DNA of 64,000 nucleotides. Source: Candidatus Thorarchaeota archaeon. Lineage in GTDB: Archaea; Asgardarchaeota; Thorarchaeia; Thorarchaeales; Thorarchaeaceae. Positions 8,845-18,296 of the stretch are shown here, piece after piece. How positions within the stretch are numbered: the stretch's first letter is position 1; the number at the start of each line of letters is the position of its first letter. Both the position numbers and the translations under genes were made by a program. The notes below the pieces were generated by a model. The model made no database searches. It worked only from the letters and a program-made list of their open reading frames with translations, and had not been told where the DNA came from. The DNA lies in contig CP070761.1 of assembly GCA_020348985.1 (NCBI GenBank), positions 1,075,713 through 1,139,712 on the forward strand. Reading direction: 5' to 3'.

Positions 8845-9683
8845 CCAAGGCAGATACGGCTCTTCGTCACCCCTTGCAGAAGTACATCAGAACTGATCGA
8901 CAGCCCTGGATCTATTGCTCCGGATGTTCTATTGGAACTGTTACCCAGATGATTGCAAGGGCAATTGACAACCTAGAGCTAGACTTCAACAAGGTCGTGG
9001 TCGTCTCAGGAATTGGATGCTCTGGAAGGATTTCAGGATACTTCAAGACCGGTACTTATCACACGACACATGGCAGGGCGATTGCCTTTGCTGAAGGTGT
9101 CAAGATTGCCAATCCAGAACTGGAAGTCATAGTTGTTAGCGGAGACGGCGACATCGCGGCTATCGGAGGCAACCACCTCATTCATGCGTGTAGGAGAAAC
9201 ATCGACATAACGATAGTATGCATCAACAACTTCAACTACGGGATGACTGGTGGCCAGTTTGGTCCAACGACTGAGCACGAGAAGTACTCACAGACAAGCC
9301 CTAGACCCATCGGGAATTTGGAGCATCCTTTCAACCTCGTGAAACTTGCAGCATCTTCTGGAGCGACTTATGTTGCCCGTTGGACTGCTGTCCAGGCACG
9401 TCGTGGAACAAGGTCAATCGAGAAGGGCATCAAGAAGAAGGGACTCTCATTCATTGAGATAGTTGGCGCATGTCCGACTGAATATGGGAGAATGAACCGG
9501 CTCGGTGATGGCGTGGAGATGCACAAACATTTGCTCGAAGTAGCAGAGATACAGAATGGTCTACCCCCCCACGAAGCAGAACTTGACTACGAAACCAGGA
9601 TTGTGTGTGGAGAATTCTTGGACATAGAAAAACCAGAATACACAGCTGTGCTTCGAGAGGCTCAAGAGAAGGTCAAGGAGTGA
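8841..9683 (+). CDS. korB: 2-oxoacid:ferredoxin oxidoreductase beta subunit (probable ATA start at 8841; first canonical start TTG 8874)
   Basis: CSGC, SGIGCS, HTTHGRA, GDGD...IGGNH TPP motif, NNFNYGMTGGQ. Confidence 0.93.
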   Translation: MTKADTALRHPLQKYIRTDRQPWIYCSGCSIGTVTQMIARAIDNLELDFNKVVVVSGIGCSGRISGYFKTGTYHTTHGRAIAFAEGVKIANPELEVIVVSGDGDIAAIGGNHLIHACRRNIDITIVCINNFNYGMTGGQFGPTTEHEKYSQTSPRPIGNLEHPFNLVKLAASSGATYVARWTAVQARRGTRSIEKGIKKKGLSFIEIVGACPTEYGRMNRLGDGVEMHKHLLEVAEIQNGLPPHEAELDYETRIVCGEFLDIEKPEYTAVLREAQEKVKE

Positions 9684-9688
9684 TAGAC

Positions 9689-10246
9689 TTGGCTCGTTAC
9701 GAGATTAGGTTTGGCGGCTTCGGTGGGCAGGGAATTGTCACTATGGCCGTTGTTCTCGGAGAGACCCTGTCGCTCATCGAGGGAAAGCACTGTGTACAGA
9801 CTCAGAGCTACGGTCCAGAAGCTCGCGGTGGAGCAACAAAGAGCGAGATTGTAATTGACGACGACGAGGTAGACTACCCAAAGGTTCAGGAACCGGATGT
9901 CTTCGTGGCAATGAGCCGTGCAGCCTATCTCGAGTACATTGAAGGACTCAAAGATGACGGTATCTTGATCATCGATGAAGATCTTGTAGATGTAGAGGGC
10001 GACCTATCTGACGGAATCAAGATCTACAAAATCCCAGCAACGCGTATAGCTGACAAGGATGTCGGAGCGAAGCAGTCAACCAATGTAGTGATGTTGGGAG
10101 CGCTCGCTGCAATAACTGGGATTGTTTCCATTGATGGTTTGAAACAGAGAGTTGTCGAGAGATGGCCTCGTTTCAAAGAATCAAATCTGAAGGCTTTAGA
10201 GGCTGGCGTAAAAGCTGGTGAAGGCGCCGAGCCAAGTAGCGCATAG
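9689..10246 (+). CDS. korC: 2-oxoacid:ferredoxin oxidoreductase gamma subunit
   Basis: EIRFGGFGGQG, TQSYGPEARGG, NVVMLGAL; TTG start after GGAGTGA. Confidence 0.92.
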   Translation: MARYEIRFGGFGGQGIVTMAVVLGETLSLIEGKHCVQTQSYGPEARGGATKSEIVIDDDEVDYPKVQEPDVFVAMSRAAYLEYIEGLKDDGILIIDEDLVDVEGDLSDGIKIYKIPATRIADKDVGAKQSTNVVMLGALAAITGIVSIDGLKQRVVERWPRFKESNLKALEAGVKAGEGAEPSSA

Positions 10247-10282
10247 CACCTTCACCCCAAATCAAGGTCCGTGCTCATTTGC

Positions 10283-11197
10283 TCATCTTCTTCTCACGTA
10301 GATAGCTACTATTGCAACAAGTGCTGCTGTGCCTATGATTGCAGTACCATAGACTAGGAGAGAGTCAAAGATCGAGTCAGTATTCTCGTTTTCAGTTACG
10401 TTCGACGACTCCAATAACCAACGCGCAACTCTCAGCAGCATTGGCCACTCGGAATCAGGATCGTCAAGTTCATCGAAGGAAGTTGTCCCGTCACGGTCGC
10501 TCTCCTCCTCGAACTCAGGATGAGGTGACGACAAGAAGACACTTCCATGCCCGTACGGAAACGCAATCATTCCAGGCAAGCCATTCATGTCATATCTGGC
10601 AATGGGGATAACCTCATTTGTTATGTTTGTGAAGTAGCCCGATCCCCAGTACATCGTTGTAAAGTCCTCAGGCATATCAGAGAAGTCAGGCCCAGTGGAG
10701 CTCACATTGAGAGTCATGTCAATCGTACCAGTACCGTATCCAAGTATTCCCCAGTTTATGCGTCCTTGATGTAACCCAAGATGGTTAGTTGTTGCGAACT
10801 CAGCACCGCCACAGATCCCAAAATAGGACCCTCCGTTGCTAACGAAATTGATTATCTCCTCCATTCCATCTTCCTGAAGGAATACTCTGTAAGTAAATGC
10901 GGGACCCCCGGGCATTACAAAAATCTCGTAGTCATCTAGGGTGCCGTTGCGAATATCTGAGGCCATAACGTACGTCACGCTGGCGTTCATCCATTCAAAC
11001 ATGGCTGCCAAGGCAAGCCAACTATCACCAGACCTATCGACACCATCGTCGCCATAGACTGCTACTGCAACCCCTTCTAGGTCTGTTGTTGGATTTGTTA
11101 GTGCAGCTGTAGGAGATGCTGATGCAATGAAGAGAAGGACTGCAAGTCCTGAAACCAAGAATAGTCTGAAGCGATACCCATGAACTGGTTGTTTCAT
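10283..11197 (-). CDS. Secreted BPL_N / class I glutamine amidotransferase-like protein with C-terminal TM anchor
   Basis: Signal peptide, MPGG, YFGICGGA nucleophile elbow, SPHPEF, terminal TM then RRR. Confidence 0.82.
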   Translation of the reverse strand: MKQPVHGYRFRLFLVSGLAVLLFIASASPTAALTNPTTDLEGVAVAVYGDDGVDRSGDSWLALAAMFEWMNASVTYVMASDIRNGTLDDYEIFVMPGGPAFTYRVFLQEDGMEEIINFVSNGGSYFGICGGAEFATTNHLGLHQGRINWGILGYGTGTIDMTLNVSSTGPDFSDMPEDFTTMYWGSGYFTNITNEVIPIARYDMNGLPGMIAFPYGHGSVFLSSPHPEFEEESDRDGTTSFDELDDPDSEWPMLLRVARWLLESSNVTENENTDSIFDSLLVYGTAIIGTAALVAIVAIYVRRR

Positions 11198-11270
11198 TAT
11201 TTACATACACCGCTTGGAAACGGCATTGACCCTACTTTTAATGGGACGGTTCAACGCAGCCGCCTAGTGA

Positions 11271-12071
11271 TTAGTGACGCTCGAGAGCAAGATAAGCGGC
11301 GCCAAGGGCACCTGTCAACTGAGGATTCTCAGGCACCCACAGCTCTCCACCGAGTTCCTTTGAGAGATAGTGTCGGAAAGCAGGGTTCTTGGCAACTCCG
11401 CCAGTGATACAAATGGGCTCTTTGATGCCAACCCTTCTTGCCAGGGAGCCTATCTTTGAAGCCATGGCTAGATGGACTCCTGCAGCAATGTCAGTGGGGG
11501 TTTCGCCAGCCCCGATTCTACCGACAACTTCGCTCTCTGCGAAGACTGTGCAGGTGCTACTTATGGTACAAGGTGCTTGTGACTCCAACGCCAGTGGCCC
11601 TAGTTCTTCAATTGACACCTCTAGCACTCTGGCCATTACTTCGAGGAATCGCCCAGTTCCTGCGCTGCACTTGTCGTTGAGCTCAAAGTCCGCGGGACGC
11701 CCATTAGAACCCAGTCGCATGACTTTCGAGTCCTGCCCACCGACATCAACAATGAAACGAATCTCTGGGTTTAGTCGACTTATGCCTACAGCGTGGCATG
11801 TGATTTCAGTCACTGTATCAGTTGCTATCTCGACAATGTTGCGACCATAGCCTGTGCTTATGGTAGGAATATCAAAGAGATCTAGGTCGGAAGTTTCCTT
11901 GAGTGCAGAGAGTATGGATTCCACCGACCTAGGGGCGGATGCGCCAGTCATTTGGAGGTGGCTCGCGATGACTCTGCCAGTAGAGTCGATTAGTACTCCC
12001 TTGGCTGTCGTCGATCCAATGTCAAGACCAACGCCCAACTTGTCTTCATCTTTCAAGATTCCATACCTCAA
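11271..12071 (-). CDS. ATP-dependent activator of 2-hydroxyacyl-CoA dehydratase (HgdC/HadI family; start may be TTG 12056)
   Basis: GLDIGSTTAK, STGYGR, EITCH, DVGGQDSK, NDKCSAGTGRFLE, CTVFAESE, GGVAKN. Confidence 0.93.
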   Translation of the reverse strand: MRYGILKDEDKLGVGLDIGSTTAKGVLIDSTGRVIASHLQMTGASAPRSVESILSALKETSDLDLFDIPTISTGYGRNIVEIATDTVTEITCHAVGISRLNPEIRFIVDVGGQDSKVMRLGSNGRPADFELNDKCSAGTGRFLEVMARVLEVSIEELGPLALESQAPCTISSTCTVFAESEVVGRIGAGETPTDIAAGVHLAMASKIGSLARRVGIKEPICITGGVAKNPAFRHYLSKELGGELWVPENPQLTGALGAAYLALERH

Positions 12072-13279
12072 GTAACCATCTCAAGCAGAGCTTCAATCCG
12101 TGTTTCAATTTGAGCCTCGTTGAATAACCTGCTATCCACCATATCCCCTTCAATCACGACGCCAGGAATCCCTGTTCTCTCCGTAACAATCTCTTTCGAA
12201 ACATATTGTCCCAGTGAGTATCTCTTGCATGACCGGACTGAGAACATGACGAAGGCATCAAGATCGAAATCCTTGATCAATTGACACATCTTGTCTACCT
12301 TTGCATCCAATCCCTTGTTGAGGTAGACATTAGAATAGATGTCAACAATCGCATCCAGAATCGATCTCGTGTCCGTTCCTTCAACTGCTCCGGACCAAGC
12401 ATGTGTGTAGGTGTCCGCTGGAAAGACCACACCTTTTGCGGCCAGTTTGTTGAAAAAGCGAAGTGCAAACCACGGAGGAATGTTGTCCCATAGCAGACGC
12501 ACCTTTTCTTCTCGAACGGCACCAATCCCCTGCTTGGCACGGTCTTGCACTTCTTCAAGCAATGCCTCATAGAACTCAACACAATGTTCAGTTCCCCGGC
12601 TTGACACAACCGGAGCCATAGTCAGAAAGCGATCTGCACAGTTCAGAGGGCTAGGACTCTTCTGACATTCCTTCAATGCTGAAGTCCACAAATGAATAGC
12701 CTTACTTGACAGCTCAGAGACCTCACGAAATCGCTCTTCTTCGAGTGACGTCTGAAACGTTGTACTGAGGAACTCAACTAGCCTCTCGACGCCGCTTCGC
12801 ACGTACTCTCGATGATGAGGTGTCTGGTCCCCCTCAAGCGGCGGAGTGTCGAGGAGATACACAGGAGCACCAGTCATCTGGGAGATACCATCATACCACT
12901 TCAGAACTGTCCCACAAATGTTGTTACATGCAAGCAGAGCCTGTGGTGTTGGAAGTGAGCCCATTGGAACATCGTCAGGTCTGTCAGTTGAACCAATACT
13001 CACCATGGCGTAGGAGCAAAGTTCCTGTGTATAGCCCATATCTTCAGCGTAGCCGCATACTTCCGGTCCTATCTTCTGAGCCCCTATGATGGCTCCAGCC
13101 TGTTCAGGATAAGTTGGGAAGACATTCATTGCGAAAGGAATCTCGACCGGGAAGCCCGATGTTACCCATGCAAGATTACCTTCCTCGGATGCATTCATAG
13201 CCTCGAGACCGTGACGAAATGCAATTTGCTGTAGCAGAGCTTGTGTTTCAAGTCGTCTGTATGGTTTTTCATCACTCAT
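12068..13279 (-). CDS. 2-hydroxyacyl-CoA dehydratase / benzoyl-CoA reductase family subunit
   Basis: YPE, LCSY, NNICGT, RSCK cluster ligands, IEGDMVD...TRIEALLE C-terminus. Confidence 0.9.
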   Translation of the reverse strand: MSDEKPYRRLETQALLQQIAFRHGLEAMNASEEGNLAWVTSGFPVEIPFAMNVFPTYPEQAGAIIGAQKIGPEVCGYAEDMGYTQELCSYAMVSIGSTDRPDDVPMGSLPTPQALLACNNICGTVLKWYDGISQMTGAPVYLLDTPPLEGDQTPHHREYVRSGVERLVEFLSTTFQTSLEEERFREVSELSSKAIHLWTSALKECQKSPSPLNCADRFLTMAPVVSSRGTEHCVEFYEALLEEVQDRAKQGIGAVREEKVRLLWDNIPPWFALRFFNKLAAKGVVFPADTYTHAWSGAVEGTDTRSILDAIVDIYSNVYLNKGLDAKVDKMCQLIKDFDLDAFVMFSVRSCKRYSLGQYVSKEIVTERTGIPGVVIEGDMVDSRLFNEAQIETRIEALLEMVT

Positions 13280-13293
13280 CGTATTCACCTTCC

Positions 13294-14496
13294 TCAGCCG
13301 GATGCGAGAGTCTCCAAGAAACTCTGAACTCTTAGGCTAAGCCGAGACTTGTCTGACATCTCAGGATCCATTGGAAGCCTTAGAGCTGGAATGCCTGAAT
13401 CGGTCACGGAATTCTCCAATGATGGGGCCTCAAACTGGTCTGGATCGCAGAAGGACTGCTCGCACACAATCACGCCATCAATTGAGAGATTCGATAGCAT
13501 GCCTTTCAGGAAGTCAAGCCGCTTTTGCAGCCCTTCTTGTGTTGGTTCAAGGTGGGCCTTCAGTGTAGCTCGGGCCATCTCCTCAAACGGATCTCCATCA
13601 AGTGAGAGGGGATCAGTAAACACGGTCTTGAATCCGAAAGAGAGCATATCAAACACAATCGCGCTATCTGAGCCTCCAGGAGTTGATTCCATCAACTGCG
13701 CAATGTCTGTTGGCTCGACCATCCCGCCCAGAACTACTATCCTTGGCGAGTCAGTTTCTTCAGGTGTAATAGGGGTCTCAATTTTCCTCTCAAGTAGAGA
13801 TGCGCTGAGTTTCTCTACGGAGTCGGTATGCCCTTGGGCGTCCATATCCTTTTGTACCTTGGAAAGAAGAGCTTCTGCTGTTGCAAGCGAATCCAAGCTC
13901 GGAACAGAAAGGAATCCTCTAACGGCCTTGGCTAGTTCAGAGTAGGACACGACATCAGGGTTGATTAATCTAGCAGCGTAGATGAATTGCACTGCCCATC
14001 GGAACCGTCCTACGAAGTCTGCAGACCTCCTTAGCTCCTCGCGGGAGAATCCTGTGCCCAGCTTCAGTTCGATTCCCTTGCTAAGAATGCGCAATTCCTC
14101 TGCAAGGAACTTGACTGCAGCACGGCCAGCCCCGCCTGCAGGATACGTAAGTCGGAAGAAAATGTCATTGGGAAAGCGAACTCTCCAGATGTCACCAACA
14201 TTCTGAAGAGAATCGCAAGTGTTCCCAGGAAAGATGAATCCCGAAAGGACAGAGAGCTGGTCACGGACCCGCTGACTGAATATGTTCCTAGCAAATGAAC
14301 ATGCGAATGTTTGCAGGCTTCCTTCATAGGCACCCGAAACTGTGGAGTCAGCCCATACTAGAACTGGCATGAAATCGTGTGCCATGAGTAGCTCTAGTGG
14401 GATGTGTGGATAGAAGTATCCGATCAGTCTCTGTCCGGACTCGGAGAGCTGTTTGAGTAGCCGCTCCGATTGCTCACTCACTTCTCCAGAGGTCAA
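13294..14496 (-). CDS. 2-hydroxyacyl-CoA dehydratase / benzoyl-CoA reductase family subunit
   Basis: P.ELLMA, TFACSF, NTCDSLQ, FCDP, RVQSFLE. Confidence 0.88.
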   Translation of the reverse strand: MTSGEVSEQSERLLKQLSESGQRLIGYFYPHIPLELLMAHDFMPVLVWADSTVSGAYEGSLQTFACSFARNIFSQRVRDQLSVLSGFIFPGNTCDSLQNVGDIWRVRFPNDIFFRLTYPAGGAGRAAVKFLAEELRILSKGIELKLGTGFSREELRRSADFVGRFRWAVQFIYAARLINPDVVSYSELAKAVRGFLSVPSLDSLATAEALLSKVQKDMDAQGHTDSVEKLSASLLERKIETPITPEETDSPRIVVLGGMVEPTDIAQLMESTPGGSDSAIVFDMLSFGFKTVFTDPLSLDGDPFEEMARATLKAHLEPTQEGLQKRLDFLKGMLSNLSIDGVIVCEQSFCDPDQFEAPSLENSVTDSGIPALRLPMDPEMSDKSRLSLRVQSFLETLASG

Positions 14497-14728
14497 TGTA
14501 TGGATCCTCAGTGGTCATTCTTACGGGCTAAGGCCGCACAGAGTTCAACTGTCGTCTCACACATCTTAATTGTTGTGCTAGGTCTTTGTTGTGAACTTTA
14601 ACCCTATTCTACAACGCGACGGCGCCTCATGCAAACCTTTCAGAAGGGTTATGAGGAACTATGTACCCATTTTGCCTGAAGTCAGGACTCTTATGAGTGC
14701 CATCAGACTGAGAAGGAGAATAGAAAAT

Positions 14729-16462
14729 ATGGATGATAAGCTGTGGCTCAAGACCGGGAAATGGCCAGAGAGAGTGAGGGAGTCTCTGGATTATCCGGAA
14801 GCGCCACTTTTCAAGATTCTTGATGATGCCGCTGAGAAGTACAGCGAGAATACTTACACAATATTTCGAGGAAGAGGCAATAGCTTCAGGGAGGTTAGAG
14901 AGAGCGCGGACAAGATTGCGAATTTCCTTGTTAATCAGGGTATACAAAAAGGGGATAGAGTTGCAGTCTTTCTGCCCAATGTACCACATTACCCACCGAT
15001 CTTCTTTGGCATACTCAAAGCAGGAGCCGTGGTTGTAACCTGCAATCCGAGATATACTACGGGCGAACTCAATTTCCAGCTTAAGGATTCAGGCGCCAAG
15101 CTTGTCTTTGGTTTGGACCATGAGACTTTCGGACCTACTACCTATGAGGCTGTCAAAGGCACTGATGTCAAGAAGGTTGTCATATGCAGTTTGAAGACCT
15201 TCCTTCCGAAAGTCACTGCAATACTTGGAGGACTTCTCGGGAAGATTCCGAAGAGCCCATACTATGAAGATGACATTACTCTCTTCTATGATGACATCAT
15301 CAAACAGTATGAAGCTACGACTCCTGACGTGCAAGTCGACCCCAAGAATGACCTTGGATTGATTTTGTATACAGGAGGAACAACGGGTACTCCAAAGGGA
15401 GCAATGCTCACTCATTACAACCTGTTTTCCAATGTACTACAAATGGATGAATGGATTAAGCTCGACCCACCAAAGGAGATGGTTCATGGCGAGGAGGTTT
15501 ACATTGGAGCTCTTCCATGGTATCACAGCTATGGTCTTACCTTGACCATGATAACCTCTGTATACCAAGCGTGTTCTGTCATATGCATCCCGGATCCGAC
15601 CGCAGGAGATCCGCCAATGACCGAGCTGCTAGAGGAGATTTCTAAGAATAAAGGCACAATACTCCATTGTGTGCCGGCATTGTATGCAGGGATGATAAAT
15701 CACCCAAAGGTAGGAGAATATGACCTTACTAGCCTAAAGGGCTGTGGTTCAGGTGCAGCTCCACTTCCGCCGGAGCTTGCCAGGGCTTTTGAATCAGTTA
15801 CGGGAGCCACCCTGTTCGAGGGATATGGACTAACAGAGACTTCGCCTATAACTCACGCAAATCCATCTCAAGTAGCAAGGCGGAAATTCGGCTCAATCGG
15901 GCTTCCTGTATCCGATACTGATGCCATAATTGTGGACATAGACTCTCGTAACGTCGCCCTTCCACAAGGTGAAACAGGCATAATTGCTATTAACGGGCCA
16001 CAGGTCTTCAAGGGCTATTGGCACAAGGAAGAGGAAACGGCCGCCACATTCACAACGATAAACGGGAAGAAGTACTTCCTAACGGGCGATGTTGGTCATA
16101 TGGATGAGGAGGGGTATTTCCACATCTCTGATAGGCTGAAAGACATGATCATTGTGGGAGGTCTTAAGGCATATCCGCGAGAGATTGAGGACATCTTCTT
16201 TGAGCATCCTAAGATCAAGATGGCGGCTGTAATCGGGCTACCCCTAGAGAACGGCACGGGCGGCGAGTATGTGAAGGCATTCGTGGTTCTCAAGGATGGC
16301 GAGACTGCAACGCCTGAAGAGCTAATTGAGTGGTCAACAGAGAAAATGGCTTCGTACAAGAAACCCAGAGAGATTGATATCGTCGATTCCCTGCCATTGA
16401 CTGCTGTTGGCAAGGTTTTGCGGAGAGAGCTCAAAGAAGCAGAAATGGCGAAAAGAGAGTAA
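14729..16462 (+). CDS. Long-chain-fatty-acid--CoA ligase (AMP-binding), paralog 1
   Basis: YTGGTTGTPKG, EGYGLTETSP, TGD, DRLKDMI, GKVLRR; ATG 14729 after AGGAG. Confidence 0.93.
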   Translation: MDDKLWLKTGKWPERVRESLDYPEAPLFKILDDAAEKYSENTYTIFRGRGNSFREVRESADKIANFLVNQGIQKGDRVAVFLPNVPHYPPIFFGILKAGAVVVTCNPRYTTGELNFQLKDSGAKLVFGLDHETFGPTTYEAVKGTDVKKVVICSLKTFLPKVTAILGGLLGKIPKSPYYEDDITLFYDDIIKQYEATTPDVQVDPKNDLGLILYTGGTTGTPKGAMLTHYNLFSNVLQMDEWIKLDPPKEMVHGEEVYIGALPWYHSYGLTLTMITSVYQACSVICIPDPTAGDPPMTELLEEISKNKGTILHCVPALYAGMINHPKVGEYDLTSLKGCGSGAAPLPPELARAFESVTGATLFEGYGLTETSPITHANPSQVARRKFGSIGLPVSDTDAIIVDIDSRNVALPQGETGIIAINGPQVFKGYWHKEEETAATFTTINGKKYFLTGDVGHMDEEGYFHISDRLKDMIIVGGLKAYPREIEDIFFEHPKIKMAAVIGLPLENGTGGEYVKAFVVLKDGETATPEELIEWSTEKMASYKKPREIDIVDSLPLTAVGKVLRRELKEAEMAKRE

Positions 16463-16481
16463 TCTCAGCGCACAAGACTAT

Positions 16482-16517
16482 TGGGGGCTCGCGAACAGCC
16501 CCCATCTTTAGCTTTTT
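16482..16517 (+). terminator. Hairpin plus T-rich tract after the CoA ligase
   Basis: TGGGGGCT-cgcgaac-AGCCCCCA 8-bp stem followed by TCTTTAGCTTTTT. Confidence 0.6.
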
Positions 16518-16616
16518 GTTCATATTCCAAGTAACTAGTCGAGTCCCTGTCTTGTGACCCTGAAATGTGCCTTTGAGTTATAACTAGTCTAGGTCCCGGA
16601 AGACACCAGTCGAGAG

Positions 16617-18077
16617 GTGTCACTAGTGGGCAAACTGGAATCATTCATCGGATTTGAAGAGGGTAACGATAATGTTCTGCACTTGGCGAAAGTTCTCTTT
16701 GTCCTTCTTCCATTTGCCAGTGTAGTGTTCACTCTCAGTACGACTTTCTATATGATCTTCATTGCAGAAGCTATAGGAGGCGGGGACTACATTCAGGGCC
16801 TTGGAATAGTGGGCATGCTTGTTGTTGTTCAGATGATTGTCCAAACTGTGCTTGATTATCCAAGTGGCGCATTGGGTGATTGGATTGGGCAGCGCTACGT
16901 GATTGCCATGGGTAACACCGCATGGGGGATTGGGTTCTTCATGGTCTCTTTCGTAGACTCCACAACTCCATTCGCGTATCTAGTCGCCATCTACGTCTTG
17001 CAGGGTTTTGGTGCCTCTCAGATTAGTGGAGCCTGGGGCGCATGGTTCGACAACAACTACCGTTACGCGAACCCGGAAGACACAGAACGCAAGCAATATG
17101 GTGTGTTTTGGGGTAGAGTAGGAATGATTGGGCAGATTGCCGCCACGCTTTCGCTTATTCCAGGTGGGATCCTTGCGACCCTGTTTGGCAGGCCTTGGGT
17201 GTTTCAGATTGAAGCAGTGGGAGCCATAATCTTCGCGATGATGGTGCTCCGTCTCATCAGAGATTTTCCTGAGGTTGAAGAAATGCGTGAGGAGCGTCCC
17301 ACAATGGGTGAATACATCGACCTGCTCAAAAGCGGGGTTTCATTCCTATACAAGACTCCCTACGTGAAGTATATCGTTATCGGGTCAATGTTGGCAGTAA
17401 GTACCATCTCAGTCTGGGGCAATCTAATCCTCTTTCCATTGTATTTCAGCTATCTTCTTACAGACGTGGCAGTTGCCAGCTATCGAACCATTCTCTTCGT
17501 GCCCGGTGTTATTTCTGAAGAGAGATCCGGTGTCTGGTCACAGAGATTTGAACCAAGGAAGTGGATTCCACGATTCCGCATTCTTCAGGCCTGTGGTTTC
17601 TTCTTCTACCTGATACTATCAATCATGATGTACGTATTTCCGCCTGCTTCGAACGGCGGTGACTTTGTGCGTATAATGGTGCCGCTCACAGAGATTGAGC
17701 TGTTGCAGATTCCCGTTGGAAACATAATTCCGATTATCGTACTGTTCTTTCTTTTCAGTACCACACTCATATTCGGTGGCTTTGCCGAGATTCTCACACA
17801 GAGGATACTTCTTGATGTGATTCCAAACCGAATTAGGAACAGTGTCTATTCATTGTCACCCACAATCATGATTCTCTTTGCTATGCCCCAGATTGCGGTT
17901 TTCGGGTGGCTGATTCCTATCGCAGGGTTTCCAGCCACGCTTGCGACAATTGGTACAATTTCACTCATCGGTGTCCTAATAATCCGGCATGGCCTAGACC
18001 AACCCCGTCCGGCAGTTCCCTTGGAGGAGAAAGAGCCAGATGCGACATCAGAAGCAACCATAGAGGTTTCAGACTAG
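16617..18077 (+). CDS. MFS transporter
   Basis: About 12 hydrophobic segments, DYPSGALGDWIGQR motif-A-like loop, IPNRIRNSVYS. Confidence 0.88.
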   Translation: MSLVGKLESFIGFEEGNDNVLHLAKVLFVLLPFASVVFTLSTTFYMIFIAEAIGGGDYIQGLGIVGMLVVVQMIVQTVLDYPSGALGDWIGQRYVIAMGNTAWGIGFFMVSFVDSTTPFAYLVAIYVLQGFGASQISGAWGAWFDNNYRYANPEDTERKQYGVFWGRVGMIGQIAATLSLIPGGILATLFGRPWVFQIEAVGAIIFAMMVLRLIRDFPEVEEMREERPTMGEYIDLLKSGVSFLYKTPYVKYIVIGSMLAVSTISVWGNLILFPLYFSYLLTDVAVASYRTILFVPGVISEERSGVWSQRFEPRKWIPRFRILQACGFFFYLILSIMMYVFPPASNGGDFVRIMVPLTEIELLQIPVGNIIPIIVLFFLFSTTLIFGGFAEILTQRILLDVIPNRIRNSVYSLSPTIMILFAMPQIAVFGWLIPIAGFPATLATIGTISLIGVLIIRHGLDQPRPAVPLEEKEPDATSEATIEVSD

Positions 18078-18296
18078 AACATTTTCCAGAAACTGAAGTT
18101 CATGTGCGAGAAAGAACGGGCCCATTGAGGTCTAGCTATATCTAGGCCACCATGAACAATTAGGGCAGGTCAAAATTATGCGCTAAAATGTCGACTTATA
18201 TGCCTATGAACCAAGTGCATTCAACCACTCCAGTCTAACACGACTGCTTGGGTTTCAAAGTTGTTCTTGTGATTGAACTGGACCCGTGTACTGAAG

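Noticed and set aside
14591-14728. Long N-terminal extensions in the ORF track (also 9605, 22186, 31165, 6740)
   Set aside because: They overlap promoters or neighbouring genes; downstream starts have RBS motifs and match family N-termini
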